DNA from: Octopus sinensis
Lineage: Eukaryota
Length of the DNA stretch: 64,000 nt
NCBI RefSeq assembly: GCF_006345805.1
Contig: NC_043010.1
Span: 20,026,001 to 20,090,000, forward strand
Direction: 5' to 3'
Part shown: positions 12,476 through 24,999 of the stretch, in pieces
How the letters are laid out: the number at the start of each line of letters is the position of its first letter
Position numbering within the stretch: position 1 is the first letter of the stretch
The notes under the pieces: model-generated
Told to the model about the DNA's origin: nothing
What the model saw: only the letters and a program-made list of their open reading frames with translations
Databases searched by the model: none
Made by a program: the position numbers and the translations under genes

Positions 12476-13003
12476 TTAAAGATTGTTTGCCAACATAACA
12501 TGGCAGTCCTGGTTTAGGACTAATGTTGCTGTAATTTAGCCCCAGGAGACATCGTCTCCAGCTGGCTATACAACACAATCTGTGTCTTTATATTTTCAAA
12601 CAAAGGAATCTAACTCAGCTCAAAACAATATCTGTATAATTTTCTAATTTATAAATCAGTGATTAGTTGTCACTTTGAAAACTATATATTTCGAACAGGA
12701 TTTTGGCAGTACCACCTCTAGCCAAGCAAGTATGCTGTGCTGATGAAGGGAAATAACCTGGAAATCGCGATACACAGATATTGTTTTGAGCTGAGTGGGC
12801 GTGCTAGATTCCCTTGTTTGAAAATATAAAGACATAGATTGTGTCGTATAGCCAGCTGGAGGCAATGTCTCCTGGGGCTAAAATTACAGTCACATTCATC
12901 CTAAACCAGGACTGCCATGTTGTGTTGGCAAACAATCTTTACTACAAAGTACTGTTGCTGAATATCTCATGTTGTGAGATTTAAAAATAGTAATTTTCTA
13001 ATG
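12476..13003 (+). mobile_element. Hammerhead-carrying fold-back retroelement, family 1, copy 2
   Basis: 9-bp TSD TATATGATA (12467-12475 and 13004-13012); ~160-bp inverted 5' arm; ~365-nt sense monomer. Confidence 0.8.
12735..12777 (+). ncRNA. Minimal type I hammerhead ribozyme, family 1 (C3-G8)
   Basis: cugug-CUGAUGA-AGGGaaauaaCCUG-GAAA-UCGCGA-UA-cacag; perfect palindrome AUCGCGAU. Confidence 0.75.
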
Positions 13004-13153
13004 TATATGATAATACTTCCAATCAATGAAGAACAGAAGTCATGAGAGCCACTGCCTGGTGGTGGTGGTTGTTATTATTAATCTTTAACTGTTACGATTT
13101 AATATTTTAATTCTTGTTAAAATTCTTTTTTCTTTTACAATTGTTTTCCTCAG

Positions 13154-13231
13154 TCTGATTTACTGGAAATTGAAAATAATTTACTGTCTGGACCTCCAAA
13201 ACAAATTGAACCACCAAAGTCACTTCTTCAG
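13154..13231 (+). CDS. SLU7: SLU7 exon (poorly conserved linker)
   Basis: ctcag/GTAATT; 78 nt, phase 0-0; SDLLEIENNLLSGPPKQIEPPKSLLQ (human equivalent ends VKKPQTLMEL). Confidence 0.8.
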
Positions 13232-14205
13232 GTAATTTTCTTATATTTGTCTGATTGTTTTAATTTTAAAAAAATATTGCTATGAAAATAGTAAAAAAAG
13301 CAAAAAACTTTGGTGCAACTGTAGCCATATAATTGAGGGGCCTGCTTAGCTATCATGTAATTATGGGTTCAGTCCTACTGCGTGGCTCCTTGGGCAAGTG
13401 TCTTCTATGATAGTCCCACCACCAACTAATGTCTTGTGACTGAGTTTGAGAAGCAGACACTATGTAGAAGCCTATTGTGTGCATGTATGTTTGTATACCT
13501 GTATATCTATCTGTCTATCTATCAGAAAAAAAGAACACCAACAAAGAAGCCAATTTGCCGAAAAGTCCTTTGCAATAATTGTTCTTTCCTAAGTTGTAGA
13601 CACTCCCTTGTTACTCTCTCCATCAAAAGTGCATGGGCCAGTAATTAGCCTTCTAAATACCTGTCACTTGTGATGCTGTTGTTCACCATTTGCAACATAA
13701 AAGCTAAAAAAATAAAGACCCAAAAATACAGAATTTGATTTTGTTGAAATATTAAATCTGATTATGTTTAATTATTGTTTGTTTTTAATTATTTCTGTGT
13801 TCATCTTTTGAAGTCCATCGATGTATGGAACTGATCAAACCAAACCGGCACTCCGTCGGTTGTGACAAGGTGTTCCAGTTAATTGGATCAATAGAACAGC
13901 CTGCTCATGAGAATTAAAGTGCATATGGCTGAGTACTCCACAGACACATGTACCCTTAATGTAGTTCTCAAGGAGATTCAGCACGACACAAAATGAGGCA
14001 AAGCTAGCCCTTTGATTTATAGGTACAATTCATTTTTACCTGCTGAGTGGTCTGGAAAAATGTGAAATAAAGTGTCTTGTTCAAGGGCGCAGTGCATTGC
14101 CAGGAATTGAACTGACAACCTTCTGATTGTGAGCCGAATGCACTAACCACTAAGCCACATGTCTTCACATTGAATGGATAATGTCGTTCAAACATCAGGA
14201 GGTTG

Positions 14206-14544
14206 GAGTAAAGATTGTTTGCCAACATAACATGGCAGTCCTGGTTTAGGTTGAATGTTTCTGTAATTTAGCCCCAGGGGACATCGCCTCCAGCTGGCTA
14301 TACAATACGATCTATGCCCTTATGTTTTGAGCTGAGTGGGGGTGCTAGATTCCTTTGTTCGATAATATAAGGACACAGATCGTGTCGTATAGCCAGCTGG
14401 AGACAATGTCTCCTGGGGCTAAAATTACAGCAACATTCATCCTAAACCAGGACTGCCATGTTGTGTTGGCAAACAATCTTTACGCCAAAGTACTGTTGCT
14501 GGATATCTCTCGTTGTGAGATTTTAAAATAGTAAATTTCTAATG
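14206..14544 (+). mobile_element. Family 1 fold-back element, copy 3 (ribozyme core absent)
   Basis: 9-bp TSD AGGAGGTTG (14197-14205 and 14545-14553); ~115-bp inverted arms. Confidence 0.75.
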
Positions 14545-14684
14545 AGGAGGTTGTTGAATATCGTTTGTTTACTCTTCATTGAGAAGTGTTCTTTATTTTA
14601 ATTTTCAAAATTGTCCACATTCGTTGTAGAATAATAAATTTTTCTTTCTCCTGTTCCTCCTCTCCACCTGTCTGGTTTTTTTAG

Positions 14685-14951
14685 CAACATCAAGAAAGAA
14701 GAGCAAAAGAGAAAAACAGCAAACATCCCAAGACAAAATCCTCAAAGAAGAACTCAAGCCACAAGAAGGAAAGAAAGTCTAAGAAAAGTAGTAGTAGTAG
14801 TAGCAGCAGTAGTAGTGGTAGTAGCAGCAGTGGTAGTAGTAGTAGTGACAGCAGCAGCAGTGACAGCAGCAGCAGCAGCAGTGACAGTAGCAGTGATAGC
14901 AGTTCAAGTTCTGAAGATGAAGAAGAGAAAAAGAAGAAACGTATGGCTAAG
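14685..14951 (+). CDS. SLU7: SLU7 exon with Lys-rich segment and poly-Ser tract
   Basis: ttag/GTAAGT; 267 nt open frame QHQERRAKEK...KKSSSSSSSSSSG...SSSSSEDEEEKKKKRMAK. Confidence 0.9.
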
Positions 14952-17177
14952 GTAAGTCTGTGAGTCTTTAATAAAACTGAACAAAATAAACGAGCAAAAA
15001 CGGCATCATCATCATTTAACGTCTGCTTTCCATGCTGGCATGGGTTGGACGGTTTGACTGAGGTCTAGAGAGCCAGCAGCTGCAGCAGGCTCCAATCTGA
15101 TCTAGTAATGTTTCTACAGCTGGAAGCCCTTCCTAATGCCAACCACTCTGAGAGTGGGGTGAGTGCTTTTTACATCCCACTGGCACAGGAGCCGGTCAGG
15201 CAGTGCTGGCATCGATCACTTTCGGAGAGTGCTTTTTATGTGCCACTGGTACGGGAGTCAGTCAAGTGGCACTAGCATTGGCTGTGTTTGGATGATGCTT
15301 TTTATGTGCCACTGGCACGAGAGCCAGTCAGACGGCCCTGGCATTGCACAGTTTTGTTGCTAGACGCAGGCATGGCAGTGTGGTTAAAAGATTTGCTTCT
15401 CAGCCTTGTAGTTCCTGGTTCAGTCTCACTGCACAGCCCCTTGGGCAAGTATCTTCTACTATAGCCTCGGGCTGACCAGATCTATATAACCACTCATCTG
15501 GCTCGCATCCCTTTCCCTCAGTTCCACTCCCTCTCCCAGCTGAGGGGCTCTTTGCTTTGCAAGTTACTTGGTGACCGTGTCAGTGTTGGTGCCACATAAA
15601 AAGCACCCAGTACACTCCGTAAAGTGGTTGGTGTCAGGAAGCACACCCAGCTGTAGAAACCATGCCAAAACAGATAATTGGAGCCTGGTTCAGCTCTCCA
15701 ACCTTGCCAGCCTCTATCGAGCCATCTTATCCATGCTAATATGGAAGACATGTTAAAAGCTGATAATATAATATAATCTTTATAGTTGTTGTTTTCATCT
15801 CCTCTCCCCATCAATTTTGCTATTAATGTTTTAGTGTAACTGGGTTACATAATTTCCTGATTTAAACTAGCTGTATCTGGTTCAAATTATGTAGCCTAGA
15901 GATTTCGATGATGTGACTGTTTATATTTAGAATGACATTGTAGGATAGGTATGAGGTGTTAGATCTGGTTGGTTTGAACATAAATTCTGATGTGGTTGAC
16001 TTTGCTTTTTATCCTTTTGAGATCAGTAAATTAAGTACCAGTGGAATACTGAGGTCAATGTAATCGACTTGTCCTCTCCCTCAGAATTTCAGGCCTTGTG
16101 CCTTTAGTAGAAAGGATTTCTCTTTAAGTGCCGAGCTGACTGATTCGTTAGTATGCCAGGCAAATGGCTAATGACATTTTGTCTGTTTTTACATTCTGAG
16201 TTTAAATTCCACTGTGGTTAACTTTGCTTTTCATCCTTTCGGGGTCAATGAAATAAGTACCAGTGGAACGCTGGGGATTGATGGGATCGACTTACCCCCT
16301 CCCCCAAAACTGCTGAGTTTGTGCCAAAATTTGAAACCAATATAAAGAAACCCCTGAGGCAAATAGCCATAAAGCTGGTTGTCACTATGGGGAAACCCCT
16401 TGCACAAACAGCTATACACCAGGCTGTCTGTACAGAGTAACCCCTCAGGCAAATAACTATAAACTTTCATGTTATAAAGATATGGATGAAAAGAAGAAAA
16501 AACTGAAAGAGTCCCTTAACCCTTTTGATACCAACCAATCTGAGACCACCCTTACTTTTATGATATAAGCTTTATGCTTGAAATGGTTCTCAACTGGGAT
16601 CCATATAAGATTTCTAGGGGCTCATGCAACAAAATAGTAAATTTGCTTTAGATGTATGTATTGGTGTGTATCGCAAGAAACAGCTGGGTTTCTTTCTCTA
16701 ACATTTTATATAATTCAACCAACACAAGTCAATGTGAGAAAAACAAAATAGGGATTTTGAAAGAAAGTTCTATAAAACTAGTTTTTAAACAGCGAATGGT
16801 TATGGGGGTCCACCAGAATAAAATAGTAATCAAAGGGTCCATAGATAACAAATGTTTGAGAACCCCTACTTTAAAGTGATCTCAGTCAAAACTTTCCATC
16901 AAAATTCCTTGTTAATTCAAGTTCCAAGCACCAGCTTTAATAATGACAAAATCATTTTACTAAATTCTTTGTTAGTTTCAAAATTAATTGGTACGAATGC
17001 AGTGTTTTCTAACAGTAATATAGTAGCAAAGGGGTCAAATTTATCCCTCAAGTTCACTAATAATCCTTATTTCTAATCTCTTTAGTCTCCCTAATTGAAA
17101 AATATTCTTAGAGTAAAAACTTTTTTCTTTGAAATTGGTGAAGTGTGAAGACTGTTTTAACTTTGTTCTCTCTGTAG

Positions 17178-17354
17178 GCGCTCAAGGCTGAAGAGGAACA
17201 TCAACGATGGGCTGACAACTACCTTAAAATGGACGAGCGTAAACGTCCTTACAACAGTATGTATGAATCAAAAGCTCCGACAGAAGAAGAAATGGAGGCT
17301 TATCGCATCAAACAATTCCGATTGGATGATCCAATGGCTCACTTTGATGACTGA
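17178..17354 (+). CDS. SLU7: SLU7 terminal coding exon
   Basis: tgtag acceptor; ALKAEEEHQ...[41 protein letters not shown] then TGA; matches the SLU7 C-terminus. Confidence 0.97.
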   Translation, partial: ALKAEEEHQRWADNYLKMDERKRPYNSMYESKAPTEEEMEAYRIKQFRLDDPMAHFDD

Positions 17355-17503
17355 TAGTTTTGGTGCAAATTCCATCAACAATTTATGCAATTTTTATTTT
17401 TGTTTATATGTAATATTTCCAAATATCTCTTTGTTATTTACAAACATTTTTTCAATTCCCCCCCCCAACCACCATTACATGCTTCTGTATAAACTTGTAC
17501 CCA

Positions 17504-17509
17504 ATTAAA
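17504..17509 (+). terminator. Candidate SLU7 polyadenylation signal ATTAAA
   Basis: ATTAAA about 150 nt after the stop, followed by T-rich sequence. Confidence 0.35.
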
Positions 17510-18989
17510 ACCTCTTCGTTTATTTTTATTCTAATCAGTATTTTTCAATATAGCTAAGTGTCCATTACTGCCATCATCATCATCCTCATCATCATCGTCA
17601 TTGTCATCATCATCACTACCATAATCCTTATCAAATATTAATGAATCAGAATTAATGAGAAATTCTGCCTCTACACAATTGCTCGACCTTCATGAAATAG
17701 CAACGAAATCACTCTCAGATCACCCCACCTCCTTCTCTCCGAGAAGGATGGATATTCTTTTATTCGTTTCAGTCATTTTGACTGCAGCCATGCTGGAGCA
17801 CCACCTTTAGTCGAGCAAATCGACCCCAGGACTTATTCTTTGTAAGCCTAGTACTTATTCTATCGGTCTCTTTAGCCAAACCACTAAGTTATGGGGGGGG
17901 GTAAACACAGCAGCATCAATGTCAAGCGATGTTGGGGTACACACACATACATACATATATATAAACGACGGGCTTCTTTCAGTTTCCGTCTACAAAATCC
18001 ACTGATAAGGCTTTGGTGGGCCTGAGGCTATAGAAGACACTTGGCCAACATGCCACACAGTGGGACTGAACCCCAAACCATGTGGTTGGTTAACAAGCTA
18101 CTTACCACACAGCCACTCCTGTGTCTATGAATATGAATATATTGAATTTTTTAATCTTCTATCTTCAAAATCAAACCAACAATAACATAAACAAAACAAA
18201 ACAAAAAAAAATAAAATAAAAAGAGACCCAGAATGTTTAAAAGATAAATTGAGGATGTAACCCTGCCATCAAATTGTGCATTTAAAATGTCAACGTAGCC
18301 AAGTAATCAAGCTATCTACTTTCAGACTGGAGCATTTATGTCCAAAGTTCAAATGCAGTGCTCACCTGACATTTTTTTATCAGAAAACACACCTTTTTTT
18401 TTGTGAGATGAGTCATCACCATCATCATCATCATCTGCATTGTTTTAACATCCACTTTTCCATGCTTGCATGGGTCAGATAAAATTCATTGAGGCAGGTT
18501 TTCTTAGACCAGATGCCTTTCCTGTCAGCCAAGCTGCACCTGTTTGCAATTAAAATAATATTCCTGAAATTTTGGTGGGAGGTAACTAGTTGATTGCATC
18601 AACCCCTGTGTTTTACTGGTGCTTGATTTATTGACCCCAAAAGAATAAAAGGCAAAGTAGACCTCAACGGGATTTGAACTCAGAACATAAAGACAGATGA
18701 AATACCGTTAAGCATTTTGCCCAGTGTGCTGACGATTCTGCCCGCTCTCGCTGCCTTTGTAAATAGCAATGTGAAATAAATCACATTGGTCCCAGTATTT
18801 GACTTGTTTTATTGATCCCTGCCTTCCAGGAAGGATAAAAGAGAAAGTTGACTGAAAAGAGCCTTGAATTCTCTGTAACTGGTCAAATTATTTAACCAAG
18901 CATTTCAGAGAATGAAAAAAAAATCAATGCTGCAAACAGCTGTTTGAGCATTCTGAATTCCCATAAGAAAACAGATGATACAGGCAAAT

Positions 18990-19300
18990 CCCCAGAAATA
19001 TTTCCTAGACTAAGTGACCTTATTATGCGATATGCCACTACATCATGACAAGGAAATCAAGGCTAATTAACCAGATATTGTTATCAAGCAGTGGAAATGC
19101 TTCCTAACTGATAAAATCATTCTCACTAGATGATAATGTAGTTTCTCAAAGACATGGAGAAATTATCCTAATATAAAGATCTGGAAACAGAAATATTGGG
19201 GATTAAAAAGAATAAAAACAATCTCTGTAATGGTAAGTGCTTTGGGAATTATTTTTAAAAAACCCCCAAAATGCAGACAAATACATAACAAGTATCTTAT
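18990..19300 (+). mobile_element. Degraded RLE-type non-LTR fragment
   Basis: Frameshifted remnants KEIKAN*PDIVIK...YKDLETEI...VMVSALGII. Confidence 0.5.
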
Positions 19301-20506
19301 ATCTTTTATGTGTTTCAGTCATTTGACTGGCCATGCTGGGGCATTACCCTGAAGAGCTTTTAGTCGAATGGATCGACCCTAGTACTTATTCTATCAGTCT
19401 CATTTGTTGAACTGCTAAGTTACAGGGACATAGACCAACACTGGTTGTCAAGCAGTGGTAGAGGACAAACAATGACACACACATTGATATCTATGATAGG
19501 CTTCTTTCAGTTTCCATCTACCAATTCAACTCACAAGGTGTCAGTCGGCCTGAAACTATAGCAGAAGACATTTGCCCATCGTGTCATGCAGTGGGACTGA
19601 ACACGGAACCTTGTGGTTGAGAAGCAAGCTTCTTACCACACAGCCATGAGCTGCACCTATGCATATCATCATCGTTTAACGCCCGTTTTCCATGCTGGCA
19701 TGGGTTGGACGGTTTGACTGGTGACTGGTGAGACAGGAGGCTGCACCAGGCTCCAATCTGATCTGGCAATGTTTCTACAGCTGAATGCCTTTACTAACGC
19801 CAACCACTTTGAGAGTATAGTGGGTGCTTTTTATGTGCCACTGGCACTGGAGCCAGTCAGGCGGCACTGGCATCGGCCACATTCACATGGTGCTTTTTAC
19901 GTGCCACTTATACAGGAGCCTTTCGAGACCAGCAGCATTCAGAAAATAGCACAGCTAGGCACCATACGCTGTATGCTATCAAGAATACTGTCAAGGCACT
20001 AATAAAAAAAAAAAAACCAACTGAAAACAATGCACGATACTCAAGGCAAACAGCTGTGCTTGGTTGTGCTGTGAATGTCTACAAGAAAAAGAAGGTAACA
20101 ACAACAATAATAATAATGGTCCTTTCTACTCTAGGCACAAGGCCTGAAATATTTTGGGGGAGGGGATGATTTGATTACATCGACCCCAGTATGCAACTGG
20201 TACTTAATTTATCAACCCTGAAAGGATGAAAGGTAATGTCAACCTTGGCAGAATTTGAACTCAGAACATAGTGGCAGACAAAATACCGCTCAGCATTTTG
20301 CCCGGCCTGCTAACAATTCTGCCAGCTTGCCTCCTTAATAATAACAATAATAATACTAATAATAATGGTAACAATCCTTTCTATTTTAGGCACAAGGCCT
20401 GAAATTTTTGCAGAGCGGGGCTGGTTGATTAGATTGACCCCAGTGTGCAACTGGTACGTAATTTATCAACCCCAAAAGGTAAAGTCAACCTTGGTGGAAT
20501 TTGAAC

Positions 20507-20975
20507 TCAGTGAGGCCCAACGCTCTGAGGTCAAACTTGACTACCTCATCCCATGTCTTCCTTGGTCTACCTCTCACCCTGATACCTTCAACCGTTTGGA
20601 AGTGGCTCTTCTTCACACATCTCTCCTCATCCATCCGCAGTACATGACCATACCATCGCAAGCGTCGCTCTTGCACACCACATCTGATGCTTCTTATGTC
20701 CAGCATTTCTCTCAGGGTGCTCACACTCTGTCGTGCGTGCACACTGACATTACACATCCAGCGGATCATGCTAGCTTCATTCCTTTCAAGTCTACGCATG
20801 TCCTCTGCAGTCACAGCCCATGTTTCACTACTATGAAGCATGGCAGTTCGCACACATGCGTCATACAATCTACCTTTCACTTTGAGCGAGAGACGCTTTG
20901 TCACCAGTAGGGGTAGGAGCTTTCTGAACTTTGCCCAGGCTATTCGTATTCTAGTGGTGACACTCTCTGAGCATC
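20507..20975 (-). mobile_element. RTE-clade LINE ORF2 C-terminal fragment
   Basis: KGRLYDACVRTAMLHSSETW...RRLRWYGHVLRM...RGRPRKTWDEVVK; second copy at about 33640-33835 (-). Confidence 0.9.
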
Positions 20976-21721
20976 CACCTTATAATAATAATAATAATAA
21001 TAAACCTTTATGCTATAGGCACAAGGCATGGAATTTGTGGGGAGGGGGATAGTCAATAACATCGACCTTAGTGCTTCATTGGTTCTTAATTTATTGACCA
21101 TGAACGGATGAAAGGCAAAGTTGACCTCAGCAGAATTTGAACTCAGAATGTGAAGACATATGAAATGATGTTAAGTATGTTGCCTGGCATGTTAACAGTT
21201 CTGCTAGATTGCCACCTTGATAATAATAATAATATTAATAATCCTTTCTACTAAAAGCGCAAGGCCTGAAATTTGGGGGGAAAGGACTACTTGATTACAT
21301 CGACCCCAGTGCGTAACTGGTACTTAATTTGTCAACCCCAAAAGAATGAAAGGCAAAGTCGACCTCAGCAGAATTTGAACTCAGAATACAGCGATGGGTG
21401 AAATACCGCTAAGCATTTCATCCAACGTTCTAATGATTCCGCCAGCTTGCTGCCTTGATGATGATAATAATAATAATAACCCATTCTACTGTAGATAAGG
21501 TCTGAAATCATTGGGGAGGGGACTAGTTGATTACATCGACCCCAGTGTTTTACTGGTACTTAGTTTATTGACCCTGAAAGGATGAAAGGAAAAGTTGACC
21601 TCAGTGGAATAGGAACTCAGAATGCAGCGATGGGTGAACTACTGCTAAGCATTTCGTCTAGTGTGCTAACGATTCTGCCAGCTCGCTGCCTTGTTAATAC
21701 TGATAATAATAATAATAATAA

Positions 21722-21970
21722 ACAGAAACAATTCCTATCATAGTAGGTGCATTAGGTATGATAAAAAATATTCAGACAAATACATAACAAAAACACCAGG
21801 ACTTACAAACATATATAACATACAGAAAATTGCACTACTGGGCACTGCACACAAAACACTTTCAATACAGTAAAAATAAGAGCACCACAACAAATCACAA
21901 CACATACCCAAGGCACACAGAGCTGCGCTCGGTAGTGAAGTGAAAGCACGCTGTAAAAATAAAACTACTG
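21722..21970 (+). mobile_element. RLE-type (R4/Dong-like) non-LTR 3' end between (TAA)n tracts
   Basis: TETIPIIVGALGM (frameshift) ...IQKIALLGTAHKTLSIQ*, short 3'UTR, (AAT)n on both sides. Confidence 0.7.
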
Positions 21971-23399
21971 AATAATAATAATAATAATAATAATGAATGT
22001 GCTGTATGTAGAGCTTCCACAGAAGGTTTGTCTCTTAGGGACAGGAAAAGTTATCAAGGGGGTCTGAAACACTTGAAAGACTACTGAAAGCTTGTGGATA
22101 TCTAAGGTTACATGTAGTAACTTGCTAACTACACAAGTTCCACTGGGAATAAGAACAAACCTGAGTCAAATCAATAACATCAACAATAATAATACAAGTG
22201 GTGAGTGGCAGGGGTAGAGACGAAATATTTTTGTTTTTTACTCGCTGAGTGCAGAGGGAGGGACAGAACCCATGATCTTTGCAGGATCCCCAAGATTGGA
22301 GCAGTTGATGTCATTCATCCATAAAGCACTGGGATTTGCACTTACAGAGCATGGACTGCTAAGCACATTTTACGAAAATGACACTACCATGCACACATAA
22401 AAAAAACAAATAGTTAAAATATCTTCTTAATATAATATAATGGTAGCAAGTTTTACATCATCTGGAAAGTCATTAGTTGAACTATTAGTCCTCTTGCATT
22501 CTGGGGGGTATCAGAGCGTTTGAATGTCATTAGACCCCAACAAATGCCCATAAATTAAATGCATCTACCTGGAACACGATCGTGGCCTGTCAACTCCTGC
22601 TTGACAGCCATGATTGTGGCCCGTCATGCTTTTCGTGTTAATGTTTGTCTTGAATCCTTCCTGCAAGTCAACACTCACAAGCAAGGTATGAGCTGGGAAG
22701 AGGAGATTCCAGTGGGGGAATATGTTCTGGGGAGGGAGGACTAGATTAGTGCAGGGGCCATGGAGTTTGGGTGTAGCAAAAGTGATGAGTGGGGTAGAGG
22801 TATGAGAGTAGCCAGCTGTGAGGAGCAGAGGCCATTATAGTAGAAAAGACAGTGAGAAGAGACAACATGGCTGTTGGGCAGAGGCTGAAATGTGCCTGTT
22901 CAGTGGTTGTGTACTTGTTAGTCAAATGGCCCTTCGTTGGGTGTCAGTGAGCATAGCTGCACTAGCACCATTTAGTGAAGGTGCGTTGCTGTGGTTAGTG
23001 TATTCGACTCACAATTGTAAGGTCGTGGTTTTGATTTCTTACGGCACGTTGTCTCCTTGAGCAAGACTCTTTATTTCACATTGCTCCTGTCCACTCAACT
23101 GGCAAAAACGATTTGTACCTGTAATTCAAAGGGAGCCTGCCTTGTCACATTCCCGTTTCATGCTGAATCTAACCTGACATCATTACGGGTACGCTGTACG
23201 TGTATCTGTGGAGTGGTCAGCCACTTGTGTGTTAATTTCACAAACATGCGATGCCGCTGACCGGATCAACTGGACACAGTCACCGTCGTTAGCGACGGAG
23301 TACCAGTTACAGTTACTACGACATATGCACCACACAATAACTTTATCAATAAATAATACTAACATTTCAATCAATATTTAGCAAACAATTTCACGACCA

Positions 23400-24760
23400 T
23401 GCAACAAAAAGTTGTGTTGCTATGTTTTGTATCCTTATACGTGTCAAAACAGACGTGAATTTTGTTTCTGTTTGCAAATCGCTTCGCCGCCTCTTCCCTC
23501 TCACCATTAGTCGCGAGGTCGCCTCGCCCCATCTCATCGTAAGCTCAGATCATTTCAACGGGGTGGAGACTTCGCTAAACAAACCTTGATCAATTTTTAT
23601 ATCCTGCTTTAGTTTGTATTACCAGAGTCATGTCTGAAAATGTATATTTCGCTGGAATCGAGGGGTAAGTTGCTTATTCCTTCTTTCTTTCTTGTAATAT
23701 TGATGTTTATTGTTGTTGCTTAGGGGGGAAATATTGCTTGTTTTGCGGCTGATCCATCAACTTGAAAGAGAAGAATCTTGGCATTCATGTTTCTTGTCTC
23801 TGTACGAAAACCTTCACACACTAACCATTAAAACGTGAAACAGGCTCATTTTACTTACCTGTCCGACTTAAAAATATAACACACTTGTTTTTAATTTAGA
23901 CACGAGTTTTGAAGGAAAATATGGTAAAATTTTCGAATTTTACCGAAAAAGTTGAGTGATAGCATCGACTCCAACACTTGACTTAGTATTTAATTGTGTA
24001 GACACGGGAATTGGACTCGTTACTTATTCGCTTACATGAAGTGTTCGCGCTTTAATTGTTTAAATTAAATTGTCATTAATTCTGTTAACATTCATTCAGG
24101 ACAGAAATATCTTTGTTTAGATTGAAATGAATTTTTTTTTTTAATTTGAATGAAACTAAGAAAAAAGAATCTCAATTCATTATCTTTGCTTTCAAATCTT
24201 CTGAACTTTTATCTCAAATAAATAGAAAAGAAATTTAGTGAAATTGTCGAATTTGCCTGTAAAGAACGAACTCCTGCATAAAATGGGCGGAACCCGGAAT
24301 GAACGACGCACTGGATCCACGAAAAATCTCCAAACATCCTAAAACTTTTTTTGTTTCTAAAATATACTTTAAAGCACGCAATTCAGTCATATTAATTAAG
24401 TTTTATTAATCACAAGTTTCTTCGTTTGTTCACACGAAATGTGTGGAATCCATGAATGCTGCCTATATCTAAAATATATAACTCAATGTGTAGTCATTTA
24501 TATAAAATGATGATTTATTTGTAAATTGGGTGGATGTAGCACGTCGTTTCTAGGCAATTAGTTCCTAAAAGCGATTCTTTTATCCCGAGGGTTGTCGTTA
24601 TCCGGGCTCGCGGAGAAATATTTAAGGTTGACATGTTTCACCTGACACCGTTTTTATCATGTCAAACCAGTGTTTACTTTTCGTGACCTTTGACCCGACC
24701 AAGGTTTTTAATTGTTTGGTACCAAGGCCATGCGTGCGGGTCATAGTTAATTAAATCGAC
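23400..24760. promoter_or_regulatory. CpG-rich, largely repeat-free NAGK promoter / first-intron region
   Basis: Visibly many CG dinucleotides (e.g. 23480-23575, 24285-24325, 24540-24620) compared with the rest of the window; surrounds the NAGK ATG. Possible short 5'UTR intron from GTAAGC at 23539 to AG at 23612 or 23625. Confidence 0.5.
23630..23664 (+). CDS. NAGK: N-acetyl-D-glucosamine kinase, coding exon 1
   Basis: ATG at 23630; MSENVYFAGIEG then GTAAGT donor; completes the IEGGATQS phosphate-binding motif (human VEGGGTRS) with the next exon. Confidence 0.9.
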
Positions 24761-24999
24761 TCCTGTATTTATTAACTATTTATTTAATCATCCCAGCAGT
24801 GATAATGTCGATCGCAGTTGATTTTACGGAAACTGAAGATTTACTTAATATCCGTTAAAAACAAAATTTCAGTAATAAATGTGAAAAAGATTGTAACATC
24901 TGATTTTTTTTTTAATTGTAAGTCTTATCAATTTTGGTGGCGGAAGTAAAGATCATGGACTTTGCGATTATTTTTTTTTTATTTTTTACAAGGCGGAGG

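Noticed and set aside
12476-13003. Mutator-like MITE interpretation of family 1 (long inverted repeats, 9-10 bp TSD)
   Set aside because: TSDs abut ends that differ between copies and lack one terminus, which transposase-mediated insertion would not give; disfavoured, not excluded
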